Source: a virus (taxonomy: Duplodnaviria > Heunggongvirae > Uroviricota > Caudoviricetes). Taken from it: 25,816 bases of DNA. The notes beneath the pieces are model-generated. The model ran no database searches, was not told where the DNA came from, and saw only the letters and a list, made by a program, of their open reading frames with translations. How positions within the stretch are numbered: position 1 is the stretch's first letter; each line of letters starts with the position of its first letter. The stretch is from the IMG/VR virus record IMGVR_UViG_648276652_000013. One strand, given 5' to 3'. Positions 1-7,498 of the stretch are shown here, in pieces. The position numbers and the translations under genes were made by a program.

Positions 1-153
1 TTTGTGGCGTGTTTTTCTGGCCGGAGGTTCCGGGTATTTCAGGTACCGTCTGACGGTCCGCTCAGAGCAACCAACCTGAGTGGCAATATCAACAATATAC
101 GCACCTTGCTGGCGCATTTGCTTTATCATGTAAAAATCCTCTCTGCTCAGCAT
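1..153 (-). CDS. istA: IS21-family transposase IstA, N-terminal 51 codons (partial, runs off window)
   Basis: Translation MLSREDFYMIKQMRQQGAYIVDIATQVGCSERTVRRYLKYPEPPARKTRHK; HTH motif. Not in the ORF track because it is truncated by the window edge. Confidence 0.65.
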   Translation of the reverse strand, partial: MLSREDFYMIKQMRQQGAYIVDIATQVGCSERTVRRYLKYPEPPARKTRHK

Positions 154-254
154 GAGTGTTCCCTTTGTGGTGTAGGAACCTTAAGGAAACAACATGTTGG
201 GTGGAGCGGACAATCCAAATGGTGAATTACTGTCTTATATCATTGGCGCTGACA
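1..254 (-). mobile_element. IS21-family insertion sequence, left-end portion (element continues beyond window start)
   Basis: Minus-strand ORF from ATG at 153 runs to the window edge and has the N-terminal HTH of IS21-family IstA transposases (IS100-like, from memory). Read inward from 254 the terminus is TGTCAGCGCC, a TGT-type end typical of this family. The acyltransferase reading frame is cut off abruptly at this boundary. The exact end coordinate is an estimate. Confidence 0.65.
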
Positions 255-1065
255 GGTCAATCTATACAAAGATAGATTATTTAGAATAGCCCCCGCTACA
301 ATATTCACCGCACTGATTTCTATAGTCATAATATTGTATTTAACAAACTACCCAAACCCATCAAATTACCTACATGCAAAGGACGTATTTAGGTGGATGG
401 ATATGGGTTTATTTTACAATTATCCACCAATGAACTACTTCAAGGACTCTTGGATTTTTCTTGGTGTCTTTTGGACGCTGCAATGGGAATGGGGATTCTA
501 TTTTTCTCTGCCGTTACTATATCTCTTCAGAAAAAATGGAACAGCTTTTGTTCTGGCTCTGATGTTTATATTTGTTTACTTAATTGGATTCATACCCGCA
601 CTTAACAATATAAAAGCAGGAATATGTATATTATTTGTTGCGGGTATGTTGTGTTATGAACTAATTGGTAAGGTTAGGCTAAATAAAATAACATGCGAGA
701 TTATTTTATTGGTCAGTTTGGTTGGGATTTTCACTTATCAACCAGAGCTATACTCGACCACTATGCTGCCATGGTATTTTTGCATGCTATTTTCGATATG
801 CAAAGGAGCCAATTTATTTGGCGTGCTATCATTTAATGGTTTCGTAAGGCTTGGAAACGCCAGTTTTAGCATTTATGTTTTACACAGCGTTGTTTTGTAC
901 ACGCTTTTCACTTGGATGCATACGAGTAATATAATAAATGAGCCAGAAGACTTTAGGGTTATTTATTTAATTGGCAGCTTTGGAATGGTTTGTGTGATTT
1001 CATCTTTATGTTACGCATTGATAGAAAGGCCATTCATTAATCTTGGCAGGAAAGTTAAATTATAA
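255..1065 (+). pseudogene. Acyltransferase family 3 (O-antigen/polysaccharide O-acetyltransferase-like) integral membrane protein, 5'-truncated
   Basis: The track ORF 334-1065 begins at a TTG, but the frame is open back to 253 and encodes ...DRLFRIAPATIFTALISIV..., matching the mid-protein RxxRIxP motif region of acyltransferase-3 proteins. The protein is multi-pass hydrophobic throughout. The N-terminal roughly 100 aa expected for the family are absent and the frame ends at the IS boundary. Very AT-rich (about 28% GC in a 60-nt sample). Confidence 0.6.
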
Positions 1066-1066
1066 A

Positions 1067-1093
1067 GAAAGGGGCTAAAAGCCCCTTTCTTTT
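1067..1093. terminator. Bidirectional intrinsic terminator
   Basis: Perfect 9-bp stem GAAAGGGGC / GCCCCTTTC with loop TAAAA, followed by TTTT on the plus strand and a T-rich tract on the minus strand. It lies between the convergent acyltransferase and tail-fibre operon ends. Confidence 0.8.
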
Positions 1094-1146
1094 GGGATGG
1101 AAAGATAACACCCAGCATGATTTAGCATGCCATATCAGATTTATAA

Positions 1147-1320
1147 TCACACTGGCTCATCAAAATCACACTCTGGGCAAATCCAGCATTGGAAGCCGTA
1201 GCGCTCTCCCTGATACATTTGCGTTCCACATATGGGGCAAAATCTTATCTCGGAGGCTGGATTTGACGCCTGGTTTTCGTTTTCTGGTGACGCATTAGAA
1301 TCTGCCATGATTTTCTCCAT
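1147..1320 (-). CDS. Small zinc-ribbon-like protein (57 aa), function unknown
   Basis: ATG at 1320 overlaps the tail fibre assembly stop (TAATG). Translation MEKIMADSNASPENENQASNPASEIRFCPICGTQMYQGERYGFQCWICPECDFDEPV has two CxxC pairs (CPIC ... CWIC, plus CPEC). Absent from the ORF track because it is under 60 aa. Confidence 0.4.
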   Translation of the reverse strand: MEKIMADSNASPENENQASNPASEIRFCPICGTQMYQGERYGFQCWICPECDFDEPV

Positions 1321-1736
1321 TAAACAGGATATTGAGCAATAATCGCAGCCCTGTCATTTGCATACTGCAATTTTCTTGCATTGATCTGTGCTAGGACGGA
1401 GTCCTTTTTTGCTGTCTCATTAACACCACCATTAACGGCTGCAGCTAACCACACCCTGTTTAGTTTCTCAATATCATCCTGATATTCGCTGCTAAGTGAA
1501 GAAAGCGCTGATTTTCTCAGTTCAGAATTAGGTGGAGCTAACCTGTCTACCCAAGAAGGCATTCCATTAACGACACCTAGTTGTTTACCTTCAGGTGGCG
1601 CTGATGTAAATGTCTGAAAAACCATATCATCAATTTCAATGATATCAGATAGATCCCACCCGGCAGATTCATAATCTTGCAACATCGCCTTAGGGAAAAA
1701 TGAAACATGTAATGCTGACCATACGTAATTGTTCAT
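1320..1736 (-). CDS. Tail fibre assembly protein (chaperone)
   Basis: Internal ATG at 1736 (MNNYVWSALHVSFFPK...) overlaps the tail fibre stop. About 139 aa, placed directly after the fibre gene, with an N-terminus typical of Tfa proteins. Confidence 0.7.
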   Translation of the reverse strand: MNNYVWSALHVSFFPKAMLQDYESAGWDLSDIIEIDDMVFQTFTSAPPEGKQLGVVNGMPSWVDRLAPPNSELRKSALSSLSSEYQDDIEKLNRVWLAAAVNGGVNETAKKDSVLAQINARKLQYANDRAAIIAQYPV

Positions 1737-1737
1737 A

Positions 1738-2799
1738 TCAACTCCCAAACGCCAGGTAATAAATAGCGTACGTGCCGCTTGTATTCGTATAAACGTTAAA
1801 ACGGTCAGTTCCAGGGATATATGTATTAAACGAGACTGTGTCGGCATATAACCCGTTGCTGACTAATGTCACGACAACGCTTGAGCAAGCATTTGGGAAT
1901 GGTATTGGGAAGAAGACCTCATTACCTGCAGTTCCAGAGGCGATTCCAGATGCATTACCCCCCATCACCACCATGCCACCAGGAAGTTTGTACCAAAAAG
2001 CTGATGCTGTAGATCCGCTTAAAAACGAACTCATATCAGGTATTTGTGACGCTCCCGTACCTACGTTTCTTGTGGCTGTTGTTCCAAGCCCTAGGACGCT
2101 CCTTAATCCTGCCGCATCTTTTCCACTAAGAGTGGTGAGAGTTGCATTCAGAGGTTGGGCACCAACATCCGACGCAGACGGCTTACGCTGGTCATGGTAC
2201 AACTCACTGATTTCAGGATTTCCATTATAAGTCTGTCGCCCAAGGAAAGCTCTGAATGCCCCACCATATGAAACAGCCAGCTGCGCCCATTCTGTCGATG
2301 TCGGGCCTGCTGCCTGCATTAAAGCCACACTTAGCGGGTAAAGATTGTTCGCCTGATATGGTTCATACATGAATCCACCGACATGGCTATTCCCGGCTGC
2401 ACTACCTTGCAGCCTACTCCCGACACCAAAATTTCCCTTATGTAAAACGTCTGATAAACCAAGGTTTTCGAGAGCCGTTTTCACCGTGCCATCCGATTTG
2501 ATATCACCAAACGGATTCTTGCGGCTCAGGTATTCAACAGCAAACCCCGATCCCAGCAATTCAACAAAACCGGGCAGATCACCATTATCAAGCACATCCC
2601 GTTGCGTTTTATCACTTACAAACTGGGCCAGAGCTGCAGCAATAAAGCTGGCCTGCCGAATAACCTTATTGACTTGCGCACTGGAGGCTTTCCCTGCTGT
2701 AAATCCGGATAAAAGCGCGGGCAACGCTTCCCATTCCTCCTGCGATATAACATTGGCATTTCGATCCGTTGCAAACGCTTTAAAGTCATTTTTCGCCAT
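1738..2799 (-). CDS. Tail fibre protein
   Basis: Starts MAKNDFKAFATDRNANVISQEEWEALPALLSGF... (internal ATG at 2799 overlapping the upstream stop). Gly/Ser/Thr-rich C-terminal half; located between baseplate genes and Tfa. Confidence 0.7.
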   Translation of the reverse strand: MAKNDFKAFATDRNANVISQEEWEALPALLSGFTAGKASSAQVNKVIRQASFIAAALAQFVSDKTQRDVLDNGDLPGFVELLGSGFAVEYLSRKNPFGDIKSDGTVKTALENLGLSDVLHKGNFGVGSRLQGSAAGNSHVGGFMYEPYQANNLYPLSVALMQAAGPTSTEWAQLAVSYGGAFRAFLGRQTYNGNPEISELYHDQRKPSASDVGAQPLNATLTTLSGKDAAGLRSVLGLGTTATRNVGTGASQIPDMSSFLSGSTASAFWYKLPGGMVVMGGNASGIASGTAGNEVFFPIPFPNACSSVVVTLVSNGLYADTVSFNTYIPGTDRFNVYTNTSGTYAIYYLAFGS

Positions 2800-3479
2800 C
2801 AGAGTAATACTCCCCATGCTCCTACATCAAAACCACTGATGAATTCGTTATCCATATCAAAACCAAAAAATTTTGAGCCTTCCGATGGGGTTTCCACCGA
2901 AGGTGTTTCAATGCCACCCGCCCATACCCCGGCAGCTTTTACTGTGAGATACCCCTGTTTAATTGCCGCAATTAACTCACGCGATACATCTGAAATATCA
3001 GTATCAGGAAAGACCCAGACCGATATCGTCATGTCCTGGTTATCGACTATCTGCATTCGCAGCCCGGATCCTGCTGTTGCAGCGTCAAGAATTGCCGGAA
3101 GCGAATCATTCCGTCCATCCCAGTTATTAATCGCAATCTTCGCTTTAAGAATGACACGATAAGTTTCATCGCTGAGGTACATGTATCCGGAATCAGGATC
3201 GTATGGTCCCTGCCATACCCCCTGATCATATCCAAGCCCGTCGGTATCCCAGCTGAAATAGACACCTGAGATAGGCTGGCTGACAACACGGCTACGTCCG
3301 ATCCACAATCCCAGAATGTCAAGTTGCACACCAACCGCAGAGTCAATATCAAATGCAGTAATCAGCCCTCTGGTGGCAGCCGCAACATCAATAAGCGGCC
3401 GGGTCATCAGATCAACATGCGCAAGAAATTTAGGTTTGGTGGCGTGGTAGTTCGTGATTAGTTCGGTGTATTTGCTCAT
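2799..3479 (-). CDS. Baseplate/tail protein (Mu gp48 / P2 gpI / DUF2313-like)
   Basis: 226-aa ORF immediately downstream of the baseplate-J-like gene, coupled by overlap; position and size fit the gpI/gp48 family. Family assignment from memory only. Confidence 0.55.
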   Translation of the reverse strand: MSKYTELITNYHATKPKFLAHVDLMTRPLIDVAAATRGLITAFDIDSAVGVQLDILGLWIGRSRVVSQPISGVYFSWDTDGLGYDQGVWQGPYDPDSGYMYLSDETYRVILKAKIAINNWDGRNDSLPAILDAATAGSGLRMQIVDNQDMTISVWVFPDTDISDVSRELIAAIKQGYLTVKAAGVWAGGIETPSVETPSEGSKFFGFDMDNEFISGFDVGAWGVLL

Positions 3480-4675
3480 GACTCCACCGTTATAACGATA
3501 TTTTCCGGGGTACAGGACGCAGATTCGTTGTATCTGATATCAATGTTTGATGACGACAAAGCCCCCGGGGATTTCCCAATCGTCAGTTCCTGAATATCGT
3601 AATAGCGTGCATTCCCGCCACTCACCACGCCAAGATTCGCCGGTGAGTAAATGCGACTTAAAAGGACCGAATCACCAATCGTCAAACTATTGATATAGTC
3701 GGAAATAGCCTGCTGGATCTGCTGCCCTATCTGTGAGGTATAACCCGTAAAAACTTTTAATTTAATCCGGGCATAAACAGGCACATCACTGGAACGCGAG
3801 AATTTGATTACATGGGGATTGCCGTATTTATCCGGAACCGTAACGGATGTTGTACCGTGAGTGGCTGTCCCCTGGCCTTTATTCCCTCTGATAGCCTGAG
3901 CAATATCCGTCACATCACCGCCATCCACAATTACAGCAACAGAGTGTGGCGGTAACCCGTTACCGTCCTCCGAACCAGTATCGTTTTCATAGAGTTTGTG
4001 GCGGGTTACACCGGTAACATTAGAAACAGCACCATCCAGTGCTTCAAATGGGGTTATTGATGGCAACGCAACACTTTGCGACTGGCGGATACGTAACTCA
4101 GCATCAGTTTCTGCCGGAGAGCCAACAGTAGCCGCAGCAGGATTAGTTACCGAAACCCAGCCACGGGTTGGCGTATTAATTTCAGTGATAGTTCCAGCCA
4201 GCGCCGCCACTGCACCACTGACGGAACATGTTGCGGTCGCCATCACTGTACCATCCACGCCGACCACCACTGAAGCAGGCAAACGCCATATCACATTATT
4301 ACTGTCTTTCACGCTGCCATTAATGATGGTTGTTCCGGCAGTTCCTGTAAGAAGCAAATCAACCGTAGAGTTCGTCGCGCCTTTACGTGAAATACCATTT
4401 ATTTTCACGTTACTGGTCAGTGCAGCCCCATAGCCGGTTGCCGGTGAAAAACAGTTGTAGACAGTTATCGCCATATTATTGGCATCATGAATCGCCAGCG
4501 CCATCAGAGCCACCATCTGGCCGTCTTTGCTGTCCGGTTCGAGGTAGGCATCACTGCCATAAATCTGCTGAAAATAGCTAATCAGGGTGCTGAGTATCGT
4601 CTGATAATCAGGCGCACTGATCCCCTCCGCGGTTACCTTTGCAGATAAACCGAGAGAATCAAGGTTCAGAGCCAT
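3476..4675 (-). CDS. Baseplate J-like protein (Mu gp47 / P2 gpJ family)
   Basis: 399-aa ORF in conserved synteny spike-wedge-J-I-fibre; start overlaps the upstream stop. Confidence 0.65.
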   Translation of the reverse strand: MALNLDSLGLSAKVTAEGISAPDYQTILSTLISYFQQIYGSDAYLEPDSKDGQMVALMALAIHDANNMAITVYNCFSPATGYGAALTSNVKINGISRKGATNSTVDLLLTGTAGTTIINGSVKDSNNVIWRLPASVVVGVDGTVMATATCSVSGAVAALAGTITEINTPTRGWVSVTNPAAATVGSPAETDAELRIRQSQSVALPSITPFEALDGAVSNVTGVTRHKLYENDTGSEDGNGLPPHSVAVIVDGGDVTDIAQAIRGNKGQGTATHGTTSVTVPDKYGNPHVIKFSRSSDVPVYARIKLKVFTGYTSQIGQQIQQAISDYINSLTIGDSVLLSRIYSPANLGVVSGGNARYYDIQELTIGKSPGALSSSNIDIRYNESASCTPENIVITVES

Positions 4676-5028
4676 TACGCCTCCGATGTAACAGTCGTTA
4701 TTCCATAGAGAGTGTCGATTTCAGCGGAAAACATGACACGTCGGGTCGTGGTATCCACCGTCGTATTGAAAGAGAGGATTGATTTAACGCCCTGCGTTTC
4801 GAGGATGCGCTTACGGATCGCCAGGTTGTAAGTTTCTGGTTTTTGCCTGCCCAGCACGGACTGGATCCACGGTGTTCCCTCTGTGGTATCAAGAAACCAT
4901 TGCCCATACCACAATTCGAATCGCGTTTTCACAGCCTGCGCTACGGCCTCAGGCGAGTTAATCAGCCAGGTGTCATCACCGCTGCCAAAGGTGTAATCGC
5001 CATCGGCGTCTTCACGTCTGTATCGCAT
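4675..5028 (-). CDS. Baseplate wedge protein (Mu gp46 / P2 gpW / T4 gp25-like)
   Basis: 117-aa ORF between the spike and J-like genes, translationally coupled on both sides. Confidence 0.55.
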   Translation of the reverse strand: MRYRREDADGDYTFGSGDDTWLINSPEAVAQAVKTRFELWYGQWFLDTTEGTPWIQSVLGRQKPETYNLAIRKRILETQGVKSILSFNTTVDTTTRRVMFSAEIDTLYGITTVTSEA

Positions 5029-5780
5029 CAGTTTACTCCGTCGGTATTGCTTCCACCGCGCTGAACACCACCATGAGTGTGCGTATCATCGATTGGCTTG
5101 CCGTTAGCCTTCACGCTACCCAAAAACTCAACAGCACCAGTGATTTTTGAAGCCACACCAGAAACAACAGACCCCACCATGCCTCCCATCCAGGTTAACA
5201 GGCCATGAATGGTTACTTTCTCAGAAAAATCAGCCAGAGGGGCAACCACATCAAGGCCCCCCGGAGCGACAATTTTAATTTTCCTGGTATCAGGATTAAG
5301 CTCAAAATAGGTGCTGCCGTCATCACTACGCAACTGTGTGGCACTGGTATTAATACCGCTAATCTTCCTTGCCTGCGACTGGGGACCGACAATACAAAAC
5401 GCATCCGATAAATCATGCATTCTGTCATCGACCGGCTCCTGTATCCCGCCACTCTGCCACCAGAAATCAATACAACGATCGGCAAAAATCACCAAACATT
5501 CATCACCGGCTTTAACTGGAAACGTTAGCGTACAGCCTCCGCCACGCGGGAATACCACTGGCACATCCACCAGCAATGGGTAATTTTTGGTAATGCGGTT
5601 GCCGTCGTTATCAATTTCAACGTAACGGATAGCAGGCTGTACAACCGCCGTCACCGCATCAGGAGCGAATGACTGAACAATGCCAGGCAAGGCGACACGG
5701 ATCTGGTTCTTTGTTGTTTCCCGTTCAGATTTAAATGTTTCGGCAAGGTCGCCGCTGCGGGTCTGGTCAGATACTGCCAT
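5028..5780 (-). CDS. Baseplate central spike / assembly protein V (Mu gp45-like, gp138-N family)
   Basis: 250 aa with a C-terminal DDTHTHGG motif typical of spike-tip metal-binding HxH; SD GGAG upstream of the ATG at 5780. Confidence 0.65.
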   Translation of the reverse strand: MAVSDQTRSGDLAETFKSERETTKNQIRVALPGIVQSFAPDAVTAVVQPAIRYVEIDNDGNRITKNYPLLVDVPVVFPRGGGCTLTFPVKAGDECLVIFADRCIDFWWQSGGIQEPVDDRMHDLSDAFCIVGPQSQARKISGINTSATQLRSDDGSTYFELNPDTRKIKIVAPGGLDVVAPLADFSEKVTIHGLLTWMGGMVGSVVSGVASKITGAVEFLGSVKANGKPIDDTHTHGGVQRGGSNTDGVN

Positions 5781-5798
5781 TTAGTAGGCTCCAGAAAG

Positions 5799-5830
5799 CA
5801 AAAAACCCGCCAAGTGGCGGGTTTGAATTT
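5799..5830 (-). terminator. Intrinsic terminator ending the two-gene insert
   Basis: Stem CCCGCC / GGCGGG (5806-5811 / 5816-5821) with loop AAGT; on the minus strand it is followed by a T-run (complement of the A-run at 5799-5805). Sits 15-45 nt past the stop of the 142-aa gene. Confidence 0.75.
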
Positions 5831-5844
5831 TGAGAAATTTCAGC

Positions 5845-6273
5845 TTATGCAGTTAACGAGTCATCACCAATCTTCAGTAATTGATTAACGATTGCATCGA
5901 CCTCTTCCGCATCCAGAATTACACTTCTCGCGGTAATCCGGTTGATTTTCCGCTCAAGCTTGTAATCAGAATTAACACGTTGGGCATGCGTCATTTTCAG
6001 TTTAACGCCGATTTTCTTTACTGCGTTAACATCAACATCGTTAAGTGCAGCTGCCTCACCACTACAAAAGGCCGTATAGACTCGCATGTGAACTCCACCT
6101 TTTAGTTTTTCACCATCTTGTGTAGCGGTCGGTACCAGATTGTTGGTGATCCGTAAGGCGGAATGGTACATACCATAGTATGCTCGGCTAATAGCATTTC
6201 TCGTCCACATCTCACCGTTTAGAGCCAGGGAATGCTTAGCCAATTCAAGAAAACAGGTATGCTCAACCGACAT
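5845..6273 (-). CDS. Hypothetical protein (142 aa), distal gene of the inserted cassette; possible HEPN-like R-x6-H motif
   Basis: Start overlaps the upstream gene stop (ATGA at 6273). AT-rich (about 38% GC in a 60-nt sample versus about 53% in neighbouring tail genes). Contains RAYYGMYH (R-x6-H) near the N-terminus. No family recognised. Confidence 0.6.
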   Translation of the reverse strand: MSVEHTCFLELAKHSLALNGEMWTRNAISRAYYGMYHSALRITNNLVPTATQDGEKLKGGVHMRVYTAFCSGEAAALNDVDVNAVKKIGVKLKMTHAQRVNSDYKLERKINRITARSVILDAEEVDAIVNQLLKIGDDSLTA

Positions 6274-7004
6274 TAGAGTTCCCCGGCTTCAAAGCATCCG
6301 ACGCATTCTGAATCCGCAAGCCCCGCAATAATAATCTCATCAGCCAAGGCATTATTCATCTGCGAAAGAAGCACTGGATCGTCTGTTTTGACTTCAACGA
6401 ACAGCGTATCAAGTTCTGACATTACATAAAAAGCATGAGCGCCAGCAAGACGAGCGCGGTACTTTTCTGCAACGTTCATCATGAGCCGCCCAATAGTTTT
6501 TAGCTCCTGAGCATGATCTTTTTGGGTATGCAGATAATTGAGCGTGTCATACCATTTGCCCATATCTTCAGGGCGCGGTACTTCCATTGCAGTTAGCATC
6601 GGCATCACCTTTTCAAGCAAATCGATATCAACCCAGTATGCAGAAATTGTAGCAACCTCAGCCAATATCGTTGGATTAAGTGAATCAGATGCTTTCTGAA
6701 TCATCACATACTGGCGAGCATGCAAACCTAAGTTACGCAGCGCAATCGTATAGTTACAAAAAGAAACTGGATCGTTAGGCGCTATTCTCAACCCCCGCTC
6801 ACAGAGTGAACATCCTTCATCTATTTCACCAAGAACAAGCTTAGCTAAGCCTTCAATTGATAGCCCCTGATAACGTTCAGGTAGTTTCTTCGCTTCACGA
6901 ATGATTCGATGGATTTCAAACTCACTCAGAAGGTTTTCACCCTTAGTTAATGAAGGAGTCAGAAGATCTAACAGTTCTCCTGATTTTGGCTGCGCTAAAC
7001 TCAT
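6273..7004 (-). CDS. Hypothetical protein (243 aa), proximal gene of the inserted cassette; probably all-alpha, repeat-like
   Basis: ORF preceded by a 149-bp non-coding leader with AGGA upstream of the ATG; AT-rich; no family recognised. Confidence 0.6.
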   Translation of the reverse strand: MSLAQPKSGELLDLLTPSLTKGENLLSEFEIHRIIREAKKLPERYQGLSIEGLAKLVLGEIDEGCSLCERGLRIAPNDPVSFCNYTIALRNLGLHARQYVMIQKASDSLNPTILAEVATISAYWVDIDLLEKVMPMLTAMEVPRPEDMGKWYDTLNYLHTQKDHAQELKTIGRLMMNVAEKYRARLAGAHAFYVMSELDTLFVEVKTDDPVLLSQMNNALADEIIIAGLADSECVGCFEAGEL

Positions 7005-7153
7005 GTTTTAGTTATTCCTGGCTTTAATGAAGTAGCATATCGATGGCAATCCACCATCAAAAAGTCAGTGCAGTGTAATCGCTCGTCTCAAAAAACAACA
7101 GTTTTTAGAGCACATTTTGTTGTTTTTCAGGCGTTACGAATTTCAGGTTACCT

Positions 7154-7495
7154 TCACCCAGCCACTTTTTTACAAGGGAAAGATCCGATGATTTTCGGCG
7201 CATCCATGCTGTTCTGCAGAAGCTGGACATTCAGGAATCGCGTTTCGGTACCAGGGCGACGAATGTATTCAAAGCCGTAGTTGTTACCGTCTTTGGCAGG
7301 CATAAGCCCCATGTCTACTTTCAAACCATTGGTACCCAGTTCGGTGATTTTTTGAGAGGTAACTCTTTCACCGTTGATAGTCGATAACTCGCCCTGGTTT
7401 GCAACCATAGTGTAGCCACCGCATTTAACCGTGAAGCCATCCGCCCACGCGCTGCACGCAGAAAAGACAGCTAACAGAAAAATAATACCCCTCAT
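7154..7495 (-). CDS. Small secreted protein (113 aa) with N-terminal signal peptide
   Basis: MRGIIFLLAVFSACSAWA followed by DGF: hydrophobic core and AxA-type cleavage site. Mature part has two Cys. SD GGGGA overlaps the hub gene end, so it is tightly coupled to the hub gene. Confidence 0.6.
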   Translation of the reverse strand: MRGIIFLLAVFSACSAWADGFTVKCGGYTMVANQGELSTINGERVTSQKITELGTNGLKVDMGLMPAKDGNNYGFEYIRRPGTETRFLNVQLLQNSMDAPKIIGSFPCKKVAG

Positions 7496-7498
7496 TGC

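Noticed and set aside
4-225. Plus-strand 73-aa ORF at the window start
   Set aside because: It lies antisense to the IS21-family istA N-terminus and terminal repeat region; the minus-strand frame gives a recognisable transposase HTH, so the plus ORF is treated as a shadow ORF.
1092-1298. Plus-strand 68-aa ORF downstream of the terminator
   Set aside because: It overlaps, on the opposite strand, the minus-strand zinc-ribbon ORF that is translationally coupled to Tfa; it has no RBS and begins inside the terminator region.
1092-2830. Possible Gin/Pin-type invertible tail-fibre segment (as in Mu G or e14 P regions)
   Set aside because: No invertase gene is present in the window and I found no inverted pair of crossover-like sites flanking the fibre C-terminus or Tfa; only one fibre and Tfa set is present.
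7005-7153. AT-only hairpin (AAAAACAACA ... TGTTGTTTTT) in the leader upstream of the inserted cassette, as a candidate terminator or riboswitch
   Set aside because: The stem is entirely A/T with a 16-nt loop and no following T-run on the transcribed strand, so it is too weak to call a terminator; more likely just AT-rich promoter-region DNA. Candidate -35/-10 elements here (TTGCCA ... TAAAGC) are too degenerate to annotate.
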